The notes below the pieces were generated by a model. It was given only the letters and a program-made list of their open reading frames with translations. It searched no databases and had not been told where the DNA came from. Shown here piece by piece: positions 27,111 to 33,559 of a stretch of DNA of 33,559 nucleotides (the first letter of the stretch is position 1; the number at the start of each line of letters is the position of its first letter). Origin of the DNA: a virus (Duplodnaviria; Caudoviricetes); the IMG/VR virus record IMGVR_UViG_3300010206_000041, positions 1-33,559 of that record. One strand, written 5' to 3'. A program made the position numbers and the translations under genes.

Positions 27111-28143
27111 CGAGAAAGTCGAAGTCATCTTCGGCAAGGGAACCGCCAAGGAATTCATTCCCAACTGGACCTCGTTGGTCGGACGAAAGAGCCTCGATGA
27201 GCTGTGCCACTACATCGAAATCGAGACCGACGTGGCCGATCGTAAGCGGATCGCCAAGCACATGAAATTTGGCATCTACTACTCCAGAACTGTCAACAAA
27301 GGATTGTCCATTGTTCGAAAGCCCGTCCTCACTGGCCTAGTCGACAACGTGGACCTCGAATCCTCCTCAAAGCGGTCTAGCTTCAAGTTCAATGGTCGGT
27401 CGGCCGCCCGCAACATCGTCGATTCAAAGTGGTCTGACACGATCAAAGGAAAGACGCTTTTCGGAGTCGTCAAGGCCATTGGAAGCAAGTTCGGAATCGA
27501 ATGTGCAATGCTCGGAACCGGACGTACTGATACTACGGCCGTCATTGAGGAGTTCGCCTTCGAGAACGAGTCGCCCTGGGAGCTTGTCCAGCAAGAAGCC
27601 GCCAACCAAGGGTTCTTGGTGACCTCGAATCAGATTGGGGGATTGTACGTTTGGAAGCTTGCCTCGGGACAGAATGAATGGGGTTTTACCGTCAAGGAGG
27701 GGGAGAACATTACTTCGTTCAAAGATTCCGAATCGGGATCCAACCAATTCTATAAGTACATCCTTAAGGCTGATGGCATCCAAGAAGAAGGAAAAGACGA
27801 CACCTGTTTGGATACCACTCGGGTGCTGACTCTGAACCTGCCAGATCGAGATATGAAGAAGGAGAAGTTAAAAAGACGAGTCGAGACAGAAATTCGACGC
27901 CGGAGAGAGCGTCGTATCAGCGTTGGCTTGGCATCTTGGGCATTGCCCTCCGAGCTTATCGAAGCGAACAGCAAACGCCCCGGGGGCAACGAGATCTTTT
28001 GGGAGCTCAATTTCCTAACACCGGTACAGATCCCCACTTTGGGAATCAAGGATAACCTCATCACATCCCAAGTCGAATATCGGGCGGACAAGGCCTCCAT
28101 GTCTTGTGATGTGCAACTATCCAACCCCAAGGAGTATTCGTGA
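27103..28143 (+). CDS. Baseplate hub protein (Mu gpP/gp44-like)
   Basis: VLTGLVD, GRSAARNIVDS, ES.WE, EGENI; synteny. Confidence 0.8.
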   Translation: MSDEKVEVIFGKGTAKEFIPNWTSLVGRKSLDELCHYIEIETDVADRKRIAKHMKFGIYYSRTVNKGLSIVRKPVLTGLVDNVDLESSSKRSSFKFNGRSAARNIVDSKWSDTIKGKTLFGVVKAIGSKFGIECAMLGTGRTDTTAVIEEFAFENESPWELVQQEAANQGFLVTSNQIGGLYVWKLASGQNEWGFTVKEGENITSFKDSESGSNQFYKYILKADGIQEEGKDDTCLDTTRVLTLNLPDRDMKKEKLKRRVETEIRRRRERRISVGLASWALPSELIEANSKRPGGNEIFWELNFLTPVQIPTLGIKDNLITSQVEYRADKASMSCDVQLSNPKEYS

Positions 28144-28784
28144 CCGATCCTGCCTTGCGTAACATCGCGGTTCTCGGTACCCAGACCAAGCGGGACAAAG
28201 AAGACATCGAGGTCACCACGCGATTCGGTCGAACGATCCCGAAAGGCAAGGTCCGAGAGCTGTTTCCCTACGGGTTCGCGGCCCGTGCAAAGTCTGGCAC
28301 CGTGTTGGTCTTGTTCGAGGGAGGTGATGTTCGGTCACCAGTCATCCTGCCGGTCTCCGACCAGGAAGGCGTCCCCGAACTTGAAGAAGGCGATTCGGCT
28401 ATCTGGACCGCCACTGGCGGTCGGGTCATTGCTCGCAATGATGGGTCGGTAGAGATCCTGGCCACTGACGGGTCGGAGGATGTGAAGCCGATGGGATCGG
28501 TCACCCTGACTCCGGAGGGCAAGGCGATTGTCCATGGCAAGGACGGGAAGGCCAGTGTTGAACTCGATGCGGACGGGGGCGTCACTGTGATCGCCGACGG
28601 TTCCACTGTCGCCCTGGCCCCAGGGGGAAAAGCAACAATCACGGCCAAGGAGATCACTCTGACTGGCGGGGATCTGGTAGTGGCCGGAGCCGCATCCCCT
28701 TCGGGATCCGGACCTTTCTGCGCAATCCCTAACTGCCTTTTTTCCGGTGCCCCCCATGTCGGTAACAAGGTCTCGGGGACCTAG
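28140..28784 (+). CDS. Baseplate spike (Mu gp45-like)
   Basis: PYGFAA....VLVLFEGGD, LEEGDSAIW; beta-helix-like repeats. Confidence 0.82.
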   Translation: MTDPALRNIAVLGTQTKRDKEDIEVTTRFGRTIPKGKVRELFPYGFAARAKSGTVLVLFEGGDVRSPVILPVSDQEGVPELEEGDSAIWTATGGRVIARNDGSVEILATDGSEDVKPMGSVTLTPEGKAIVHGKDGKASVELDADGGVTVIADGSTVALAPGGKATITAKEITLTGGDLVVAGAASPSGSGPFCAIPNCLFSGAPHVGNKVSGT

Positions 28785-28792
28785 GAGGGACT

Positions 28793-29026
28793 ATGGCGCT
28801 ATCAGGAGATGAGCTTGGATCGGCCATCAGCTCGGCCATCTCAGGACTTGGGGATTCCGCAAAGAGCGACCCGGCCGCAATCTGGAAGGCCGTTGGCGGG
28901 GCGATTGTGGACCACATCAAGAAGGCTACAATTACTGTTTCTGCCGGGATTCCTGTAACTACAACTGGGACTGCGGTGGCACAGTCTGGAGTTACGTCAG
29001 GCCCCGGATCGGCGACGATTTCATGA
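28793..29026 (+). CDS. Small hypothetical baseplate-associated protein
   Basis: AGGAGGG SD; ATGA-coupled to gp46-like gene. Confidence 0.7.
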   Translation: MALSGDELGSAISSAISGLGDSAKSDPAAIWKAVGGAIVDHIKKATITVSAGIPVTTTGTAVAQSGVTSGPGSATIS

Positions 29027-29361
29027 CTCCTGCAACGGTAGCACTTGAGCAATGGCGCTCAATCACACTCCTTGCTGCAATGACCTTGGGCACCGACCAA
29101 GGCACCTGGTGGGGCGATCCAGAGTTCGGGAGCCGACTTTGGGTCTTGAGGCAAAGCGGAAAGGTTGATGAGGCCATGGTTCAAGCCGTGAAAGCAGAGG
29201 TTGTCCGGGCTCTTGGCTGGATGAAGGATGGTGGATTGATTAGCGTCGATCCTGCCGTTGAAGCCTGGCAGAACGGTCGAAACCGCATCGACTATCGGGT
29301 GCGGATGACCCGTCCGACCGGGGTCGTGGATGTCATGGAAGGGGTCTGGTATGGACTTTGA
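29023..29361 (+). CDS. Mu gp46-like baseplate protein
   Basis: GTWWGD..FGSRLWVL, ALGWM.DG. Confidence 0.88.
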   Translation: MTPATVALEQWRSITLLAAMTLGTDQGTWWGDPEFGSRLWVLRQSGKVDEAMVQAVKAEVVRALGWMKDGGLISVDPAVEAWQNGRNRIDYRVRMTRPTGVVDVMEGVWYGL

Positions 29362-30415
29362 ACGCCCCAGTCTGGCGGCTCTAGAAAGCAGGGTTAAAAA
29401 CGATCTGATGTCGAAGCTGGCCCCTGTCGCCAACACCCCTAAATACAATCTCCTCCAAATGATCGGACAAGTCGATGCGGGGAACTATCACCTGCTTCAT
29501 GGTGATCTTCAGTTTCTGGGGAGGCAGATCTTTCCAGACACGGCGGAACGCCGATTCTTGCGCGCCCACTGGTCCGATCGAGTGAAACCCAAAAACGCCT
29601 CCCCTTCGGTTGGCTTTGCCGTCTTTACAGGCGCCATAGGTCTGTCGGTACCATCAGGGCTGATCATGGCCGCCGACTCTGGCCAGACGTACTTCACCAC
29701 TCAGCAGATAGTGATAGGAGGGGCAGGCACCATATCGGCACAGGTGCAGTCTGTAGAGGCTGGTTTCGCGACATGTTTGGCAGCGGGTGCCACACTGAAG
29801 ATCACCTCCGATAAGCCCATCGGTCTGGATACGGAGGTGATCGTTGGTCCAGAGGGTCTGGCTGGTGGCGTTGACGAGGAAACTGATGCCGCCTATTTGA
29901 GCCGGGTCATCGCTTACCAGAAAACAGGTGCTCGGTACGGCAAGAGAGGGGACTTCGCGGCCTGGGCCGTGGACTCTTCTGCTGAGGTTTCGAAGGCGTT
30001 TGAGATCAAAAACTATGGTCCTTTCGGTGTGCTTCTGATTCAGGTGATAGGGGGCGACCAAACTGCTGGAGTCGTCCCAGTTGCGAATCTTGCCGTGGTT
30101 CGCGACTACATCACTGAGGTCGCACCACCTGTTGCCTTCGAAGTTCGAACACCAACGCTGATTCCAGTCAATCCGACGGTAGTCTTGCTACCCACTGAGG
30201 ACACTGCCGCCAATCGTTTGATTGTTACCCAGTGCCTTAAAGCTTGGCTTCAGACCTATGGAAAGCCCGTTGGTAGCATTACCCCCGACCAACTACGGGC
30301 ATCCTTTGTGGATGGGGCACTGATAACGGGCGGGGCGGTCATCCTTCCGGCAAACCCCTTTGTTACGACAGCATTTCAATACCCGGTCTTGGGGGTCATC
30401 ACATGGGGCAACTGA
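29351..30415 (+). CDS. Baseplate J-like wedge protein (Mu gp47)
   Basis: FERPSL, QIFPDTA, GGVDEETD..YLSR, G...DF..WA. Confidence 0.9.
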   Translation: MDFERPSLAALESRVKNDLMSKLAPVANTPKYNLLQMIGQVDAGNYHLLHGDLQFLGRQIFPDTAERRFLRAHWSDRVKPKNASPSVGFAVFTGAIGLSVPSGLIMAADSGQTYFTTQQIVIGGAGTISAQVQSVEAGFATCLAAGATLKITSDKPIGLDTEVIVGPEGLAGGVDEETDAAYLSRVIAYQKTGARYGKRGDFAAWAVDSSAEVSKAFEIKNYGPFGVLLIQVIGGDQTAGVVPVANLAVVRDYITEVAPPVAFEVRTPTLIPVNPTVVLLPTEDTAANRLIVTQCLKAWLQTYGKPVGSITPDQLRASFVDGALITGGAVILPANPFVTTAFQYPVLGVITWGN

Positions 30416-31107
30416 CCGTTCTGAGCGTCTCCGATTACCGAGAGGCCCTTCGAAAACTCTACCCCAGGGGTGCCTTTTGGGATCAACAGTTTAGTGACCC
30501 CACCAGCGATCTTTCACTCCTTGTGGACGCCAAGGCCGAGGAGCTTCATCGGTTCAAAACTAGGCGGGCAGCTCTCTTGGAGGAAGGCTTTCTGGACAGT
30601 GCCTCCGAGCTTCTTGGTGAGTGGGAAAGGAGCGTTGGCATTGACGGATCTGGAAAGTCAATCGATCGACGTCGGGTGGACCTGTTGGCGGCTCGTCGAG
30701 GGTTTATCACGAAGGATCTACTGAAGATTGTCGCGCCAGAATTCTCAGTGTCAGTGGTTTCTGTTAACTCCGGTCTGAAGCCGGCAGTGTTTGGTTTCAG
30801 CAAATTCGGCCAACGCCTACACACTCCCGCTGTTTTGGCTGTGGTGTCTTTTAAGGTTCAAACGTCAGAACCAGCTCTGCTCAACTACCTAGCATCGCTT
30901 GAGAGGTCTCTAGGTGAGCCAAGACATCCGGCCCGGTTCGGCTTGGTGAAGTTCAATGCCCGTATGCATAGGCCGTGGGCTTGGCAACTTGCTGAGCAGT
31001 GGGCCATTCGCACCAACCCCCAGATTCACGCGGCCTTTGAGGCCTCCATCGTAGAGCGGATCCTGGCCAACCAGGTTCCGGTATTTCATTATAAGGCGGC
31101 ATCGTAA
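30403..31107 (+). CDS. Mu gp48/DUF2313-like baseplate protein
   Basis: YREALRKLYPRGAFW, ELLGEWERSVGI. Confidence 0.82.
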   Translation: MGQLTVLSVSDYREALRKLYPRGAFWDQQFSDPTSDLSLLVDAKAEELHRFKTRRAALLEEGFLDSASELLGEWERSVGIDGSGKSIDRRRVDLLAARRGFITKDLLKIVAPEFSVSVVSVNSGLKPAVFGFSKFGQRLHTPAVLAVVSFKVQTSEPALLNYLASLERSLGEPRHPARFGLVKFNARMHRPWAWQLAEQWAIRTNPQIHAAFEASIVERILANQVPVFHYKAAS

Positions 31108-32291
31108 TGGATATGTACCCTGACGAGCAGGTCGTCGTCGTTGACGGAACTCCAGTTTCTTACCCGGGATTGATCGACGGCAAATTCGCCTCTGGAAACA
31201 TAGCTGATCCCTCGCAACCAGCCAGCTACATCCCGGCAGAGACGGTGAACCTTCTCCTTGATAACACGGCGGCTCTCTTAAAAAGAGTGGGCTTGGAACC
31301 CAACAACCATGACCCCGACCAGCTTGGCAAATTCGCCGACCAGACTGTTTTGAAGTCCGCTATGTTCCGGAACAAACTTATCAACGGGGATTTTCGATTC
31401 TGGCAACGGGGGGTCACTCGAGCCTCTATCGGTTATATGGCAGACCGTTGGATATTCATTGCTACTGGTGGGGCTCCTGCTTTTACTTATAACCAACAGC
31501 CATTCACTCCCGGTCAAATAGAGGTGCCTGGGGAGCCGAAAAACTTCGCTAGGATCGTTTTAACAGCCGCCCCTGACGCCATTACGGGCCTGGCTCGTTT
31601 TGTTCAGTACATTGAAAGCGTCCGAAGCTTGGCGGGACGCAAAGCTACGCTATCTTTCTATGCTAAGGCTGATTCAGCCAAATCGATTTCCGTGGAACTT
31701 GCCCAGAACTTTGGGAGCGGGGGTTTTCCGTCATCGGACGTTTATGTCAATGGGGGGAAGATTAATCTCTCGACATCGTGGCAAAGGTTCAGAATCCCTA
31801 TCACTGTACCGTCGATTTATGGGAAGACCATAGGATCAAGCGGCGACCAATACAGTTCTCTTGGCCTTTTTCTGTGGGTTGCGGCTGGTTCCGCCTATGC
31901 CGATCGAACCGGGGCCCTCGGAGTCCAGACTGGCACCTTCGATTTCGCAAACGTTCAGCTTGAAGAAGGTGACATCGCGACCGCTTTTGAACAGCGGCCA
32001 GATGGGATCGAGTGGATGCTCTGCCAGCGTTTTTATGAAACCGGCTATTCGCAGATGCTCGCTGTTCGAATTAATACTGGGGGGGGATACTATCACAATT
32101 ATTGGACAACTCTATACAAGTCAACCAAGAGGATCATTCCGACAATCACGCAAGAGATGATATCTGGTGCCACCTTCGGTGGTTGGACCTCAAGTAGAGA
32201 TGAACTTCGAATTGCGGCATACACAATAGGAGACTCCGGGGTTGGGATCAACACTCTGGCATGTAATTGGGCCGCCGACGCTGAGTATTGA
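31107..32291 (+). CDS. Tail fibre / receptor-binding protein
   Basis: RNKLINGDFRFWQRG, TLSFYAKA, VQLEEG.IAT.FEQRP...E..LCQRFYE, WAADAE. Confidence 0.85.
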   Translation: MDMYPDEQVVVVDGTPVSYPGLIDGKFASGNIADPSQPASYIPAETVNLLLDNTAALLKRVGLEPNNHDPDQLGKFADQTVLKSAMFRNKLINGDFRFWQRGVTRASIGYMADRWIFIATGGAPAFTYNQQPFTPGQIEVPGEPKNFARIVLTAAPDAITGLARFVQYIESVRSLAGRKATLSFYAKADSAKSISVELAQNFGSGGFPSSDVYVNGGKINLSTSWQRFRIPITVPSIYGKTIGSSGDQYSSLGLFLWVAAGSAYADRTGALGVQTGTFDFANVQLEEGDIATAFEQRPDGIEWMLCQRFYETGYSQMLAVRINTGGGYYHNYWTTLYKSTKRIIPTITQEMISGATFGGWTSSRDELRIAAYTIGDSGVGINTLACNWAADAEY

Positions 32292-32301
32292 GGAGATAAA
32301 A

Positions 32302-32697
32302 GTGTACAAGCATTACATTAGGACCAACAAAGACGGTGAGGTAGTTCTCGCATACTCCAGCGCGTTCAAAGAACAAGAGCAGGGTGACATCTGCGTCACC
32401 CCGGACGGAACCGACGATCGCCATTATAACCTCGACTTGTTCTGCGACGGGGTGGCCCGGCATGTCTACAAGAGTGGCAGGCTGATCACCAGGACCGACG
32501 CCGAAATCGATACCCTGGCGGCTCCTGCAAAGGAACGAGCCACGACGCTGGCCCGATTGGAGGAGTTGGACAGGACAGTCTCCAGGTCGGTGGAAGACCT
32601 GTATGAGGCCACTAAGACGACGCCCCACAAGGCAGTGGCCGCAGTCATTAACGAGAAAAAGGGCCTTCGAGAGCGTTTAGCACAATTGGTGAAATAA
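32302..32697 (+). CDS. Putative tail fibre assembly protein
   Basis: GAGGAG SD before GTG; follows fibre gene; C-terminal helical segment. Confidence 0.6.
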   Translation: MYKHYIRTNKDGEVVLAYSSAFKEQEQGDICVTPDGTDDRHYNLDLFCDGVARHVYKSGRLITRTDAEIDTLAAPAKERATTLARLEELDRTVSRSVEDLYEATKTTPHKAVAAVINEKKGLRERLAQLVK

Positions 32698-32743
32698 CGG
32701 CTCTGAGGTAAAAAATTGTTTAGGTGGGCTGTAGGCTCACGTT
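32695..32743 (+). promoter_or_regulatory. Activator-dependent leaderless promoter 3 (Pmom-equivalent)
   Basis: TAACGGCTCTG 49 nt before ATG 32744; TAGGCT ending 6 nt before ATG. Confidence 0.65.
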
Positions 32744-33559
32744 ATGAAAACACCGCTGACCTACTACGGAGGAAAGCAACAGCTTTCTCCAACTATCGTT
32801 TCAATTATCCCGGCACATCGGATCTATGTTGAGCCCTTTGTCGGGGGAGGGGCGGTTTTCTTCGCAAAACCGGCCTCTCCAGTCGAAGTGATCAATGACA
32901 TTAATAGCGAGTTGGTCAACTTCTACCAGCAAGCGAAAATCAACTTCCCCCTTCTCGAACAGGAGATCCGAATAAGTCTTCACAGCCGTGATCTGCACAG
33001 GCGGGCCAGGGTTGTGTACGAGAATCCTGATATGTTTGATGCATTGAAGAGAGCCTGGGCCGTGTGGGTCCTGGCCATACAGTCCTACGGGGCCAAGCTT
33101 GACGGAAGCTTCGGTTACGACCGCTCAGGACAAACCTCGAAGAAGATCGCGGCTAGACGGGAATCTTTTACAGAGGACTTGGCATTACGCCTTCAGCAAG
33201 TGCAAATCGAGTGCGCCGATGCTCTGCGAATAATTCGAAGTCGCGATACGCCAGAGACCTTCTTTTACCTTGACCCACCGTACTTCAATTCTGATATGGG
33301 CCATTACGACGGATACACCGTAGAAGATTTTGAGATGCTACTGAAATCGGTGGCACAGGCCGAAGGAAGGTTCCTGCTGAGTTCGTATCCGTCAGAACTT
33401 CTCAAGGATTACGGCCGCAAACACGGTTGGAGGTCCTACGAAAAACGGATGGCACTAGCTATGTCGGCGGCTTCATCCCTAAGGACAAAGGTTGAAGTTT
33501 TCACGATGAATTTTGAGGTCTCTGACACGGCACTAGAGGGATGGAAACGAGTGCTCTGA
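32744..33559 (+). CDS. DNA adenine methyltransferase (D12/Dam-like class)
   Basis: YYGGK, YVEPFVGGGAV, EVIND, FYLDPPY. Confidence 0.92.
   Translation: MKTPLTYYGGKQQLSPTIVSIIPAHRIYVEPFVGGGAVFFAKPASPVEVINDINSELVNFYQQAKINFPLLEQEIRISLHSRDLHRRARVVYENPDMFDALKRAWAVWVLAIQSYGAKLDGSFGYDRSGQTSKKIAARRESFTEDLALRLQQVQIECADALRIIRSRDTPETFFYLDPPYFNSDMGHYDGYTVEDFEMLLKSVAQAEGRFLLSSYPSELLKDYGRKHGWRSYEKRMALAMSAASSLRTKVEVFTMNFEVSDTALEGWKRVL

Larger units (their letters stand above)
1..33559. mobile_element. Mu-like transposable prophage (contractile tail), ends not visible in window
   Basis: DDE transposase plus AAA ATPase, GemA, Mor/C, Mu-type terminase/portal/MuF/protease/gpT capsid/sheath/baseplate genes throughout. 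Confidence 0.95.

Noticed and set aside
31561-31571. Partial copy of the promoter box (TAACAGCC)
   Set aside because: Inside the tail-fibre CDS, diverges after 8 nt, and has no ATG 49 nt downstream
31107-33559. Tail-fibre switching by invertase or a diversity-generating retroelement
   Set aside because: No recombinase, reverse transcriptase, inverted fibre copy or template repeat seen in the window
1-33559. CRISPR array, rRNA, prophage terminal repeats
   Set aside because: No regularly spaced repeats or rRNA-like sequence; the window starts and ends at gene boundaries, so the ends are not visible

Overview
The whole window is the body of a Mu-like (B3/BcepMu-type) transposable myovirus prophage. 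Its ends and endolysin are not visible and probably lie outside the window. The gene order is unusual: the head operon is split. The gp25/gp26/terminase/portal/MuF genes (1-6279) are separated from the protease/capsid/tail genes (17462-33559) by a small late-type operon, a minus-strand repressor-linked accessory cassette (S24 repressor, secreted ankyrin protein, secreted Zn-finger protein, 445-aa unknown) and the whole early transposition operon (Ner-like, Lar-like, DUF3164, DDE transposase, AAA ATPase, GemA, Mor/C). Two signals stand out. (1) A MuF protein with a probable C-terminal RNase-like toxin domain is followed not by an obvious immunity gene but by a convergent ~75-nt structured RNA with its own sigma70-type promoter, a candidate virion-delivered toxin / RNA antitoxin system. 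(2) Three leaderless promoters share a TAAC(A/G)GC(C/T)CT box exactly 49 nt upstream of the ATG, likely read by a Mor/C activator with a duplicated dimerisation module; one drives a DNA adenine methylase in the mom position. All family assignments come from motif recognition and synteny, not database searches.
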